Shown piece after piece: positions 15,643 through 33,095 of a stretch of DNA of 64,000 nucleotides; within the stretch, counting starts at the first letter, position 1; each line of letters begins with the position of its first letter. A program made the translations under genes and the position numbers. The stretch is taken from NCBI RefSeq assembly GCF_009914755.1, contig NC_060927.1; one strand, 5' to 3'. The notes beneath the pieces were generated by a model. It was not told where the DNA came from and did no database searches. It saw nothing but the letters and a program-made list of their open reading frames with translations. The stretch comes from the human T2T-CHM13v2.0 reference genome, Homo sapiens.

Positions 15643-15806
15643 CATCTACCACATTCTAGTGGTTAAAGCAATAAGCCAGCTCAGATTCAAGGGGGAAGGG
15701 AAAATAAATCCCACCTCTTTATGGAAGGAGTGGTAGCATCACATCACAGAGGAGTATAGACACAGGGGGATGGCTCTTTGGGGGCCATTATTTTAACGAC
15801 CTACCT
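15643..15806 (-). mobile_element. MLT1G/H-type LTR 5' part (inverted copy)
   Basis: Reverse complement reads ggtaggtcgttaaaataatggccccc...gaggtggga...cttgaatctgagc...agaatgtgg. Confidence 0.75.
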
Positions 15807-16093
15807 TCTGTGTGTCTGCTTCTGTGGACCCCCCAGAACTCTCAGATTCCTCTGATCACATTCTGCCTTTAAAAGTACTGGTGCCATTGTTTTATAGGCA
15901 CTGGATTGGGAACTCCTAAAAGGAGCTCAGTGCCAGTCAAACCGAACTTAGCATAAGCACCCTGGTTCCCCAGTTTGTTATCAATAAACACAGTGAAAGT
16001 TTATTTTTAAGGACAGAAATATTTTTTGTCATATCATCTGAAAAGTCAGTCCCTTCTAGATTAAAGAAGTATAATGCAGCAAAGTGCACATCG

Positions 16094-16690
<597 letters not shown>

Positions 16691-18230
16691 ACAGACAAGT
16701 TTTCAGAGGAAGTGATCAAGAAAGCTTGCTGGATTTTCCTTCCAGATTGGCGGTCTCTGCCTGCTCCAGCCCACTCACCAGCAACTACTGAGAAACTCGT
16801 TACAGATTTCAAACCCACTGCCTGCCTGGCATTGGAAAGTCCCATCTTAACCTGCAGGTGGGTTCCCGTATCAGGGTGTTCCTAAGCCTGAGTGCTGTGT
16901 TTCCCTACGTGGACCATGAATGTGGGGTCATGACATTATCATAGTATCATATAGAGCTTTTTTTTCAATTATCTTATAACCCTTCTGGTTAGATCAAGAA
17001 TAATTACACTTGCTAAACAACCTTTAGATTAGCACAAGGAGAGCAAGCTTTGGGCAAAGAACTTTGGCAGCCAACAGTATCTATCCAGGATCTAATAACA
17101 TCATTCTGTTCTTATTGAGCGTGTGTGCTAGTGTCATTTATGTATAGTGATCCTGGTTTTTCATTTGTGTTTGTGATGCGAAATTTCCTTTTCAAACAAA
17201 TGTAGTAATTTTAAAACTATATTCGTGTGTAGAGAAAACGTATGATAAATGATAGCATTGGAAGTAAACATACACGGCAAAGCTGTGACAGCAGTAAATA
17301 AGCCCAGGCAAGGTTCATGAGGTTGGCTCACAGGGCTAAGACAAGTGTTCTGTCACCTCACAGACCTCCAGCCCTCCTGCCTTGCCCTTTAGAGCATGTG
17401 ACCCAGTGGTCATGGGACAACTGGCCTGGCTCCCTGTTTGCCTTTCTCTACATTTTCTTCCCCTCTTCATTCCAGGTCCTTGGAGAGGGGCCCTTCCAGG
17501 TTTCCAGAAGAGTTGGGGAAAGTGAAGTACTAACTCCTGAGGAAGTGGTCCCCCATCTCTTGTCTCTTCTTTCCCCAGTTAGCATTAGGATCTGACTGTA
17601 TAGTCTCTTTAGTGAAAAGGTTTCTTAGCCCCTCAAGACCTTTTATTTTCCATTTTTGAAAAATGGAGGTGCTTTTGAGGGCTGGGTGTGTTTTTTTGTT
17701 TGTTTGTTTGTTTTTGGGAAACTCCTAGGACTCTAAAGAGCTGAGAAGGCCTGGTGACTTACAGCTGGTTCTAAGCCCTAGGCTGTGAGAGAGAGTGTTG
17801 TCAGGGGCCTTAGAGTTTCATTTGATAGCCTCAGGCCATGCTTACCAGGATGGGAAGGCAGCAGGCACTTAGAATGAAATCCTAGCTCAAGACTATAGAT
17901 GGAACATTTGCAAGGATCTCTCTTACGGAGTATTTTGGTATCTAAAAAGAAGGCATATATTCAGCAGGAAAGCAAAGGAGGCAGGAATGCTCAATATTTA
18001 AGCAGTTTATATTTAACTTTTTGTATGTGCCAGCGACTGTTTAACATACTGGGGATACAGAAGTAAATGAGACAGATAAGGACCCAGTTGTCATGGAGAT
18101 GGCATTATAGTAGGGGAGACATAATATAAACAAATACATGAAATAATATACTGTATAATACCAGGTAGTGATAGTAGCTATGAAGAAAAATTAAGCATCT
18201 TAATGGATGGAAAATACGTATGTGTCTGTG

Positions 18231-18232
<2 letters not shown>

Positions 18233-18262
<30 letters not shown>
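18233..18262. repeat. (GT)n microsatellite
   Basis: Direct reading of the sequence. Confidence 0.95.
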
Positions 18263-18264
<2 letters not shown>

Positions 18265-18333
18265 GGTTCTAGCCCTCCTTAGGGACTTTAGTCTCCCAAA
18301 GACACTCCCATAAAGGTATAGATTAAAAATTGA

Positions 18334-18722
<389 letters not shown>

Positions 18723-18964
18723 TGAAATTTCCTCTCTTACAATTGCATTTTTATTGAAGGTAAAGCAAGCAGCTCCCAAGGCAGCCACTTTGGGAGAAAC
18801 ATTTGGTTCTGTCCTCTGTTCTTGGAAAGTTTTGGTTGATGCTAAAGAGGAGAATGGGAGTACTGTTTTGAGTTTTCTGTTTCTCTTTCCTTGCTTTGTC
18901 AAATGCCTCAAAAAACCTGTTGATTAGTGGTCCCCAGTACTCTCCGCATGTCAGTACATTGTCA

Positions 18965-19300
18965 CTTGCAGTGTTCCTATTATCTATTATTGCGTAGCCC
19001 ACACATTTAATATCCTAGTTCAACAATTTATTATTATCTGTATATTCTGTGTGTTGGCTGGGCTCACCTGGATGGCTCTTCTTTGGGGTCGTTCATGCAG
19101 TTGCAGTATGATAGGGCTGAGGCTGGACTTATCCAAAGGCTCAACTAGGCTGGATGCCAAGGTAGTTTCTTCATTCATATATCTGGTGCTCCAGTGCCTC
19201 TCCTTGTGACTACTGGTCAAATTCAAGGCAATGGAAGAATAGACACAATCTTCGGTGGTAAAGTGTCATGCACGTACTAGGAAGGAAGGAATTGGTGACA
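18965..19300 (-). mobile_element. MLT1-type MaLR LTR fragment
   Basis: 'tatctattattgcgta', 'ggctgggctcacctggatggctctt', 'aaattcaagg'. Confidence 0.55.
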
Positions 19301-20059
19301 ATCATGTAGACATGATACTTCAAGCAGCACATGGGGGGGCATCCTCCCAGCGCTCAGGCAAATTCTGACAATATCAGGTCACTAAAGGGATTTCTGAGGT
19401 TTGGGACTTCTGGGGTTATTATTCTGAAGGATATTAGGGGTTACTACCCCTAAAAATATGAGACAACACTATAGGCATCATTAACATCAGTCAGCAACAA
19501 TATCTGGTTAGCCCCTGCTCCAATACACTCCAGATCTCCCACCCCCTGAAAAGAATATTAAACTCTACCTGCCAACTGAATGTCTCCTAAAAGTTCTCTA
19601 GAGTGGCTGTGAGACATGGGAAAAAGCATGGTCTTGGCTCCACGTGAGACATGGACTTGCCTTTAGGTTCTGCCACACAAACTCACTTGGCAAATTATTT
19701 TTCTGAGAAACATTATCTGCAAAATGAAGACAATCATACATAATGTTGCTTTAAGGATTAAATGGATTAACCAATGTCAAATGCTCATTGTAGACATTGA
19801 GTAAATCGTTGCTGAGGCATTGATAGAAAAACTAGTTCCCTCAAACGAAACTTTTAGAAAGAGCCTTGTCTTAGGATTAGGTTAAGTTTTTCTGGTGACA
19901 GGAAACCCAAAAAATCTATAGCTGAAGTTAGATAGAGCTTTACTCCTCTACCACATGAAAGAAATCTGGGAGTAGGCAGTACTAACCGATATTGCAGTTC
20001 CATGTTAATTGGGGACCCCGGTTGATGTTACTGTGGTGTTCTAATGTTGTTTTCTTTCC

Positions 20060-21590
20060 TTTTTTCTTTTATGCTTATTAATTGAAATTCTTCTGTAAAA
20101 AAGTGCTGATCTCTTCTTCCTCATTTATTTATTTAATCTTTTAAACATGCCCCCATATTTTTTTTCTTTTTCTTTGAATAGCACTTCCATACTTTATGGC
20201 ACCATGAGAGGCTTCCAGGCTCATCTTGTATTTTCCATGCCCTAAGACTGGAATCAAACACTTCTCCAAGGAGCCCTCCTTTTCTTGTAGAATGGTATTT
20301 ATAAACCAAGATCTGAGTGTTAAGTATGCTCATTGCTACTGGAATTTCACTGCTTCTGGGACTTATAAGCAGACTTGACTAGGAGAGACAGACAGGTAGA
20401 TGACAGGCAAGCATGTGTCTATCTAACTATGTATGCTAATTCATGCATATACACAAATCTATATTTATTTATGTTTCTCTATGCATGCATACGTACTTAC
20501 GCTAGTATATGTATACATACTTAATCACTAGTATATGCTGAAACTTCCCTCTCTAAAGCAGCACAACGATGTTCTTCCTATAATTCCCCTTTTGGTTATT
20601 TGTAACTTCTTTTACTGATAATGAGAAATCTGGCCCTCATTCATTCTCTCTCTCTCTCCATCCATCCATCTTTATTTGTTCAATTCTGGTACACATGTAA
20701 TTTTAGAATTGCTAATATGTACCTCTGTTGGAAATAGATTTACCAACTAGGGTACAGTGTTTACATACTGTTCTTTTGTGTTTAACCTTATAGTCAAAAC
20801 ACTGTTTTCCAAAGTTATTTATAAGATACTTATACTACTTTTTTTTTCACAATAGCTGTAGCATCTTGCATTTCCAACAGCAGTAAATGAGGGTTCTAGC
20901 TGCTTTGCATTTATATCGCACTTGGTATTGCAGATTTTTTAATTTCAGCCATTTTAATGTGTGCAGTGGTATCTCATTGGGGTTTTCATCTGCATTCCGC
21001 TAATGACTATTGATGTTGAACATCTTTGCTTATGCTTTTTTGCCATGTGTATATCTGCTTTGGTGAAGTATCCAATTACCTCATTTGCCCATTAAAAATT
21101 TTTGATTTTTAAAATTCAGTTTGTTTTGTATTTTTGAGTTATGAGAGGTATTGATATATTCTAGATACATGTCCTTTAAAAGACATGATTTGTAAACATT
21201 TCCTTTCAGTCTGTGGCTCTTGTTTCCACTTCCTTAAAGTGTTTTTCATGGAGCAAAAGTTTTTAATTTTGATAACATCTAATTTATCATTTTTTAGTAC
21301 TTTTTTTTATTCCTATCTAAAAATTCCTTGCTAAATAATACAAATTATGCACATTTTCTCCCATTTTTTTTCTGGAAGTTTTATAGCTTTATATTTTACA
21401 TTCAGTCTATGATTAATTTTTTTGTTAATTTGTCATGAGGTGTGAAGTACATGTAGTTTTTGTTTATCTGTTTGTTTTAGTTTTGTTTTTGCTACATGAA
21501 TATCCAGTTGCTTCAGAATCATTTGTTGAAAAGACTGTCCTTTTTCCATTGAATTGCCATTGCACCTATGTCAAAACATATCTTAGCTAT
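20060..21590 (-). mobile_element. Old L1 (L1MC/MD-type) 3' fragments
   Basis: 'atcttgcatttccaacagcagt', 'gtggtatctcattggggtttt', 'catttgttgaaaagactgtcctttt'. Confidence 0.75.
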
Positions 21591-21829
21591 AGTCTCTTGT
21601 AGAAGTTGCATTTATGATGATTCTACATAGAGATGTTTTATTATTATTTTCTATTTTATATAGTATTTCATTATGATTTATTTCCGTTTTATTTCTCCTT
21701 TATATTATAATTAGGACATTATTGATTCTCTAACTTATATGTAAAAGCAGATTTAACTTTATTTAATATTGCTAAAAGGGGCTTTACAAAAAATATTTTT
21801 ATAGAGAGTATTGAGTAAAACAAGTTTAG

Positions 21830-22710
<881 letters not shown>

Positions 22711-23154
22711 TAAAAAAATGATAAATTCTTTTCTGTTTTTCTTTGTTCTCTCTTTCTGAAATTCTTATTAACCAGATTTTGAACATCTTAGATTGAGATT
22801 CTTAATCTTTGCTTTCATATTTCTAGTTTCTTAACTTTTTTGGTTCAATTTTTTGAGGGGTTTTCTTGACTTTTTCTTCCTTTATTTTGTTATAATAAGT
22901 TCCATTTTTAATTTTTTTTTGCTTTTAATTTCTCTTCTAATATTCAGCTCTGGTTTCATCAATTTAGGATTTTCTCATATTTTTCTAAAGTTACTTATTG
23001 GTATCTTTGAAGTTTTTCCCTGTTACCTAAATTATTTTTTCTTTTGGATTTCTGTGAGTGAGTGAGTACATTTGTGTTGGAAGAGCTTTCTTTATGTGTC
23101 TAGTGATCTTTAATTGCCATGATTCCAAGAAATCACTAAAAATCTTCAAGAAGC

Positions 23155-23552
23155 TGTTACAGGCTGAATTATATTCCCTCCAAATTCACATGTTGAATTC
23201 CTAATCCCCAGTACCTCACAATGTGACAGTATTTGGAGATATGGTTTTAAAGAGGTAGTTGAGTGAAATAGAAATCATTAGGATGGCTCTAATCCTATAT
23301 GACAGGTGTCCTTATAAGAAGAAAAGATTAGGACACCCATGCAGAGGAAAGACCATGTGAAGACACAGGGAGAAGACAGCCATCTATAAGCCAAGGAGAG
23401 AGGACTCAGAAGAAATCAACTATCCTGACACCTTGACCTTAGACTTCCAGCCTCTAAAACTATGAGAAAATACGTTTCTGTTGTTTAAGGCTTAAGCTTT
23501 AAGCCACTCAATCTGTGGAACATTGCTATAGCAGCCCTAGCAAACTAACACA
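23155..23552 (+). mobile_element. MLT1B-type solo LTR
   Basis: TG...CA ends, about 400 bp, 'ggtgtccttataagaag', 'gacttccagcctc', 'gcagccctagcaaactaacaca'; 5-bp TSD gaag(c/a). Confidence 0.9.
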
Positions 23553-23838
23553 GAAGACCTCAGGCTTGAGGCTGTCTTCATTTTTGGTGCTTTTCTAGAG
23601 AACTGGCTGTTTGATTGCTGGATACTCCTTTCCCTAACAAACATACATACAATTTCAGTCTATAGTGGTCATTAACTATCTCTGAAAATGAATCCTTCAT
23701 CTTCCTCCCTGGAGGTAGACACCTAGCTATGTAAAGGTTTGAATCCATTCAGCATGCATTTTTTCATTTGACTATTCCGTCATTCTCTTTGCAATCTTGT
23801 ACCTCAGTCCTACCTTCTGCTGTGGTTGGTGCTTCTGA

Positions 23839-24283
<445 letters not shown>

Positions 24284-24478
24284 GCATGAGTGCATATCTA
24301 GAATGTCAAGTCATTCATATGCCTTTTTACTTTAAGTTTTCCCTTGTGACATGTGTCATGGTAGTTGCTCCTGAGTTCTCTAGGGCAAATAAGTCCACAT
24401 CTCATTGGTATCTCCTGGGTATGTATTTTAGATTGAAGCTCATTCCCCTATCATGTCAGTCATTACTCAACTCTCTGC

Positions 24479-24790
<312 letters not shown>

Positions 24791-27633
24791 TCTGCTTTAC
24801 ATTTTCTAAAAATGTAATCACGCCTCTCCTTTTCTTGCTGGGTTATATTGTTTTTACTCCTTTATTGCTATTTTATTGGAGTGATAAGTCTGAGAGGAGA
24901 TTAAGGAATGTATCCAATTTGTTATTTTTATCTATCTGGGCAACTTTTCTAAAAGGAGGAAGATAAAATGATTGTAAAAATATATATTTTTTAATCAAAT
25001 TAGAGTTGGTAGATAAAATAAAATTCTGAACACTATTTTTTTTAAAAGTTGCTTAAATTAAGTCAGCAAATTGGGTTAGCTGTACTTAATCTCTTTCCAT
25101 TTTAGTTTTCTCTCCTGTGAAATAATGGGCTCCCCAATCCAGGTGGTTATTAGAACCAACTTGGATGCTTTTCTATAATCCAGATCCATAGACAACAGGC
25201 CCAGAGATTCAGGTTCCACCTATCTGGAGTAGAAAGCATGAGGCCAAATCACCTCTTAGCACTCTGGGCACTTAAATATTCTGTGAGTTTGATAATTTCA
25301 TTTCTATTCCTTGATTTCCTTTTTAACTGGGAACTCTTTTAGGAATGACAACTTTTCTAAATAGTTGGATAATAGTGGACTCATTTAGAGCCTTAAACTG
25401 AAATTCAGTATTGCATAAATCACAAATTAACAAGTGGAATAATGCAATTGATTATTAGCTGGGAGGGCCAAGATGGAGTATGAGAACATGCTGTATAATT
25501 TGAGAAAAAATATTAAAAAATATTTTTATATTTGGAAAATCAAACACCCCTTTTCTTACAACAACTTCAAAATAAAATGCAAAAATTTTTCGTATCTGAC
25601 ATGGTATGTCAGAAATATAATTTATTTTCTGCATACACAAAGCTCTGGGTGGCGGTGAAGGGAATGGTGTCATGAGATTTTCAGTTTATCCAAAGGGGTC
25701 ATGGGTTTAAAAAGGTTGGAAAGCACTGCAGTAGTGAGATGGATTGGTTTCTGAAGAAAAGTGAGAAAATAAAACCATTAAGTCCAACTGTCACTCTTCC
25801 AACTGAATATTGAAACCACTTGGGAAAAAAACTTGAGTGAGGTTTACAGTCATAAGCAACTTTGGTATTTTTGAGGTTTGCCTGTGAATTGCCATTTAAC
25901 TGTACCACATACTTCCTAGATATGTGATTAGTTGCCATATTTTAAAACTTTCAAAAATGTTAAGTTGCTTGCTATACTGGGCTAACTTATTAAAAGGTTT
26001 CTGTTCATTTGGATTAGAGGATCTGTGTGTTTTGGTATGGTTTATGGACAGAGGATTCAGAGACTGGGATTTCTGTTCTACTTACACAATAATGTAGTGT
26101 ATGAACTGGAACAGGTCACTTAGTATGTTATCTTTAAGTCTTTGTATATCATACATTGCATGCAAGGGTGATTTGGCTCAAAATTTGTCACCCATGGACT
26201 GCCAGGCTCATTTGACTGACTGATTCAGCCAGCTAGGTAAGTGTCTTCTTCCTCCTTGCCTCTTTATATTGTTGACAAATAAGGACGTGTAATCTAAAAT
26301 GATGTTGTTACTTAGTGTAGCAATGGTAGTAACAGTAGCAGTTTTTCTCCAGAAGAGTAAGAGGTGAAACTGGTTAAAGAGACTAGAATATTAATATTAA
26401 AAGCAATGGATCTAGTGACAAGAAAGCTGATTTTGAGTCCTGGTTCTCCCAGCCCCATGGACTTGGTTATGACAGTTTAAGATTTCCGAGCCTTAGTTTC
26501 TTTGTTTGTAAAACTGAGATTATAATAGCTATCTAATTGTTTTCAGAACTAGAGGAAATAATGTTTTCAAGGACTGAGTGCCATGGTTGGCATTTTGCCT
26601 GAAGATAATTGCAGCACTGCACCTTTTTAAGTAAAAGGATGATATGATTAGATTAATGTTTTAGAAAGTGTGGAGGATGAGTTGGAGGCACATAAAACTG
26701 AAGGGCAAGAGATTTGAAGCAGGTGAAAAGCTTATAATAATACAGCTGAAAAATTATACAATCTAAAATAAAGCAGAAGAAGAGGAAATGGAAAGGATGA
26801 GACCTAGTTGAGTGATAAGAAAGTAAGTGTCTTGAAAATAAGGCCCGTGTCTTATTCATCTTTGTGTACCTAGCACATCACACAATGCTTGCCATGGAGT
26901 AGGTCCTGGGAAAATATTTCTTATTTGATCATGGAATTGACTCAGTTTGATTGAATATCACCAAAAAGGTAATAAGATGAGAAAATTTAAAACTCTGATA
27001 CTTTTCTTCTCATGTTCTCTATTACTCCTAACTTTATCCCTCCTTTTCTCTATCTCCAATTTGGGAAGCTAGGTGTTTTGCCTTCATTTCTTTGGGTAAA
27101 GGTTGCCATAGGAGAAAGTAAACTTTAAGATATGGTGAAGTTTGTAACTTCCATTTTTCAAAAGAGCCTATGGCTATTTAGAAGAAAACATGATGAATCG
27201 GAGTCGATATTTCCTTCACGGAAATGAACAAGATTCCCTATGCTGAAGGATGGAGATATTCTCAGAGGACGTGATGAGCCCTGGTGGCTTTCTGAGGTTG
27301 TAGGGGTTGGCTGAGAGTTGAGGAAACTGGATCCATTTGGAGATAGGCAATCCCAGGAGACCTATGCCTCTGTCTCCGGGTAGTGCCTGGGGGTGGGGGT
27401 AGGGAGGAGGCAAGCTCCAAAGTCCCCATCACCTAGCTGGATGAGGAAGCCTAACTGTGTGTGTGATGTGAACCTCATGGAGTTCCTTGTGTTGTGGCAT
27501 GGCATTGCAGCAGCAGATGGTCATGGGGCCTGAAAACACAGCAGAATTCTCCACATTTCAGAGCAGGGTCCCAGAGTAAGAATTTTTTCAGGCACAGGTG
27601 TGACTCAAAAGAGAATCAGCATCTTAAAGAAGT

Positions 27634-28088
<455 letters not shown>

Positions 28089-28744
28089 TCTTAAAGAAGT
28101 CTTTGTAATGGGAACAACAGAGTGGAGCAGAAGGGTGCAATACTACCAATAAACACAGAGTGAAGATTTGAAGGGAACCAGGGCATCTGCGTGGATGACA
28201 GTGTAGATACCCACTGACAGTCACGTATTGTCTCCCATTTGATCCCTAAAACCTTGACATTATAAGTTCTGTGAACCTATGGCTCCAGAATTTTGATGCA
28301 ACTCTGAGGGAAACTAAATTTAAATTGACTCATATTAAGTCTCTGCCACTCACTAGCATGGGAACTCACAATATAAATTGAATTCAGTAATAGAAAATAT
28401 AAAGAAATTAAAATTTCTCATATTGTAAACTGAGGTTCAAACTCCCTATACAAACAAGCTTTTTTTGGAAATATTAATAAAAGTGGAGTAGGTGTTGATT
28501 GTAAATTGCTGCATGAACGAACACATTCTATCTTGTACAGAGCAGAGCACACATGAACACTGTTTAAACGTGGCAATCAAATTTGCAAAAGAGTATTAGC
28601 AAATTGGAGCCTGATGAGCATGGAAAGAGAATAACAATCATGCAGCAGGAGAAACAGTACAAAGATCTGTGATCCTTAGGTGAGACGATAGCAGTTGTTT
28701 AGTGGTATTCAAAGAGAATATTGAAGGGCAAAGGTGGAATGATT

Positions 28745-28950
28745 GCTAACCTTTATATGGCACTTACTATTTTCCAGACACTGTCCCAATCATTGACATG
28801 AGTTAACACTTTTCACAATAGCTCAGAGCATAGATACCTATTATTATCACTATTTACCAGGTGAAGAAATGAAGGAGTAGAGAAATTAAATAATTCACCT
28901 AAGCTCATACAGCTGATGAGTGGTAGAGCCAGGATTCAAACTCACTTTTG
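28745..28950 (-). mobile_element. MIR
   Basis: 'gcacttactat', 'ccagacactgt', 'tggtagagccaggattcaaac'. Confidence 0.7.
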
Positions 28951-29481
28951 TTTCAGAGTTCTGAATTAGTGAATCTCAGAACCTGCCAGGTTCTGAATTA
29001 GTGTAACAAAGACTTCTTTACAGTTAGAGCTGTTCAGAAAGGGAATGCTGGCTCTGGAAGCAGTGACTTATTTCACTGGGAATGAGTTGGGCAGGTGTCA
29101 TGGATGGTGCAGAGAGATTTGAGATTTCTGCTGGAGGTGGACATTAGGTGGAATGACTGTGAGTTCTCTGATTTTGAACTTCTAGGAGGTTATTTTTTGT
29201 GATATTTCATTTGTTAGTTAAAATTTTTAAAAATTTGGTTTAAAGTAGTTTCTCCCCTTTAGGTGGCATGTGAGATGTACTCAAGAAAAATACTCAGTAA
29301 AACTCTACCTTAGGTTATATAGCACTCATTCTCTGTACAAGATTGTTAATTAGAAGTATCCCACTTAAAAAATGGCAGACTTAGTAAGGAAAAATATTTT
29401 ATTTATGTAGCTACAGATCTAACTGGGATGATTTACTGAAATTATTTTCATTCTTCTTTTATATTCTGATGTGCCTATGGG

Positions 29482-29525
29482 GTGTGTGTGTGTGTGCGTG
29501 CGTGTGTGTGTGTGTGTGTGTGTGT
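29482..29525. repeat. (GT)n/(GCGT) microsatellite
   Basis: Direct reading of the sequence. Confidence 0.95.
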
Positions 29526-32352
29526 CTTTATCTCTTGGTGATTCTGTTGGCTGAATTTCTTGGGGTTAGTTTTCCCTGCATAGTTTGGCATTTGTGTTTG
29601 AGAGCTCATTTTGGGTGGTCTTCCACCCATCCTCCTTTCTCCAATCTGTGCTCACTCCTGTCTGTCTGAAATACCTGGGATTATCATGGTGGATTCAGCC
29701 TTCTATTCCACTATGATATTGGGAATGTCATGTTTGGTGGCCCATAGAGACCTATGCCTTAGGAAAGTCAAGAATTTACAGTACTTTTAGAATGCATTGA
29801 GGAAGTGGATGTGTATCAGATGAGCCTAGATTGCAGCTTGTTTTACATATCCACTGACTTTTTCAAGTGTGCCATAACATAAAAATCAAGAGAAGATTGT
29901 ACTTTGGTTTAGGCTGAACTTTATCAAAAGTTGTTTACCATTGTGGAATATCACATTACTAACAATTGTTGAACTTAGGGTTTTGAGTTGTCACCACCAC
30001 AGACAACCCACTGGTCTGAATTTGTAGCTATTTTGTTCATGGTGTTCAATATCTAACAACTTCACTATACCTTTTAGTGTGACTGTCCCAAGCATTTACA
30101 TATTGAAATTATAAATTTCTTTCATTCTGTTTCTCCTTTATATTAAAGTCAGAACATAATGTTGATTTTTAAAAATCTGTGTGTGGGGGTTAAATTGTTA
30201 TAAATTTCATTCAGAACAGAACACAAGGCATTAGAAAATATTTATTGTAAAATGGAGGTTTGGATATTTACAGAGCTTTCATTTTGTTTTGAGTTTCTCT
30301 TACCTCCAAAATCTCAAAATGAAACCAGGCCAAAACCTCCCAATTTTAAAACCAGGGACTTCCTTGAATCTTGACTCAGGTTTACTAAAAGACTATATGA
30401 CACTTCACAAAAAGTGGTGGGAGGAAGGGTTTCTGTGGAAGGCAGTGTGAGGCAACTATCACATTCAGGAAAACCCATTATGATCATAAAATTTTACTTC
30501 CTCAGAATATTTTTGGAAACTTTCTATTTACATAGACATGCTCTAAAGAGCAAATTAAATAAGATACGAATGCTGTGATAAGACTCCTGTATTGATATGC
30601 ATTTCCACTAGAGTACGTGTAAATTTTATCCTTCCCTAATTTTTTAATCTAGCTTATTCAAACCAGAAGACAAATCTAGCTTTAAGATAGTAGAGATGAG
30701 AAAAAAAAAAAAAAAGATGACTTTCTAAAACACAACCTTATTTTGGGCCTAGGGAGCATCCCTTCATTGGGTGTTTTTTTTGTTTATTTGTTTGTTTGTT
30801 TTTCACCTTTGTTTCCCTTTGTGGAATATCTTTTGTCTCTTTATCTCTGTACTCTGAAATCTGATATTATATTTCTGAAAAAACAAATGTGCAAAAATAT
30901 TTTATGAAAAAAGAGAACCAAAGCATAAAGAGTAAAGATTCATTCTCTCAGATAATAAAATGTGTTATAAAGCTATAGTGAATAAAATAGTGTCGGTGGT
31001 AAACAAATAGACACATATAAAACATTCCAGAAACAGACTCCAGTATATGAAAAATTTTTCAGAAATGACTAGAGAAAAATTATTAAATAAAGTGTGATTA
31101 CACAATAGACAAAATTTTGGGGGAAATTCAATTCTTAATATGTATTATGGATCAACATAAATTTAACACAATTAAAACATTTTTAAATATTAAAATAGCA
31201 GAAAATATAGATAATTAGTGCCATAATCTCAAAGGTGGAAACAACTCTATAAGGAAAAATCAAATGCAAAACTTATGGAGAAAATCATAAACCATAGGTT
31301 GATAAAATTAACTACTTTAAATTTTGTTTTTAATAATAGTAACAGTAATGCCCATGTTGATTAGTGCTTACATTATGCTAGTGCAGTGGTCTCCAGACAT
31401 TCAGAATGTGTGTCTCCAACAAAGGAACATGGCTGCTGCTTATGGATATCCAGGATGTGTCCTATACAAGGACAAGATAATTAAGATAATGTCATTCATA
31501 TTGTAGACAGGTTTAGTATTTTGAACCTTTTAAAATATTTTATTGTAATTTTTTAGGTTTCAAAGATAGGCTATTTGTGTATTTATTAGGACAATTCTCT
31601 GACCAATCAAGTAAAGTGTCATTCATAGCAGAGTAGATAGATATTTTGCTTTAACTCATGAAGAAAGGAACAAATTCAACAAGCAAAAGATTTTATTGAT
31701 GTAACAATAAACAATGTTTCTAATATTAGAAGTTATTTTTCATTCATGTACTCCTGAGAAAATACCTTAAAATAAAGAAAGAAAAAATCCTTATTGGTAA
31801 TATTTTACTAAATTTTGTGTTTCATTTATTAGTTCATAGCATTTGGCATTTATTTTACTAAAAAGATGCTGTGGCATTTCCAATTTAAGTTTAAGAATAC
31901 TTTCATAGTATTATGATGTAAATTATGCTATAATAAGTAACGTTCCTTTACCATTACCACAAAATAATCTAATTATAGCAATTATTTATTGGTAGCTGTG
32001 AAAATTTTCTCACAAAATGTTAATTGCTATTAAAGTTTAATGGTTCATTATATAAATATAATTTAAATATATTACACATTCCAAGATAAATGTACTACAC
32101 AATCACATTATTTCTGCCCAAATATTTGAAAGATAAGAAAACAATATATCATGATCAGGAAAACTTAAAATGAAAAGTCACGAGTGAGAAAAAATTATTT
32201 TAATCATTGAATGCTAGGAGTGAAAAGGAAAGGATATAACTAGTCTCCACAGAATTTAGTAGGTACAAACAATTCATAGAGGGGACAATGGGTCAATTTA
32301 TTCTCTACTTCCATGTCAATAAGAATGGATGAATTCCTTAAAAAACACTGAG

Positions 32353-32668
32353 AGATGAATGGATAAACAAAATGTGGTACACACATACAATGACATGTTA
32401 TTCAGCCTCAATAACAAAGGAAATCCTTTCATTTGCAACAATATGGATGAACCTTGAAAATATGCTGAGTGAAATAAGCCAGTCACAAGAAGACATATAC
32501 ATATACTGTATTATTCCTCTTATATCTAAAGTAGTTCAATTCATAGAAATAGAAAGTAGGATGGTGGTTGTTAGGGGTAGGAGAAGGGGAAACCAGGAGT
32601 TGCCATTTAATGGGTATAGAGTTTCAGTTTTGCAAGATGAAAAAGTTCTGGAGATCTGGTTTACAACA
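32353..32668 (+). mobile_element. L1MB-type 3' fragment
   Basis: ORF2 C-terminal remnant (MWYTHT...EILSFATIWMNLE) and 'aatgggtatagagtttcagttttgcaagatgaaaaagttctggagat'. Confidence 0.85.
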
Positions 32669-32899
32669 GATCCTTTTTGAAATGATTCAAGTCATTGTTC
32701 ATTTAGCCCAGAAAACTCAGGGGTCCTTAACCCACTGCACTCTCAAAGTGCAAGTACTTCTTATCTTGAGCTTCTTTTTCTTTCTTCTTTTGCCACTGAT
32801 AGCTGCAGTCAGCCCTTGCTCTTCAGAGCTTTCCCAAGGGTGAATCAAATACTGCTATGTGTGTTTACCAAATTTCAGAGGACCTTAGCCAAGCTATCG

Positions 32900-33095
32900 C
32901 AGTAGGCACTATTAACATTTGCCACTTGATAATCTTTTGTTGTGGGAGGCTGTCCTGTGTGTTGTAGATATTAAGCAGTATCCCTGGTCTCTACCTCCAA
33001 GATGCTAGTAGCATCAACTCCCAGCTGTGACAACCAAAAATATCTGCAAATGTTGTCAAATGTCCTTGGTGGGGCAAAATTGTCCAGGTCCATTG
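32900..33095. mobile_element. MER20 (hAT-Charlie MITE)
   Basis: 'ggctgtcctgtg', 'gtgacaaccaaaaatatct', 'aaatgtcc', 'ggggcaaaat'. Confidence 0.85.

Noticed and set aside
29700-32240. Possible ancient hAT transposase remnants (about 29.7-30.3 kb and 31.4-32.2 kb)
   Set aside because: I could not recover a convincing transposase motif or TIR pair by eye; it needs nhmmer or tblastn.
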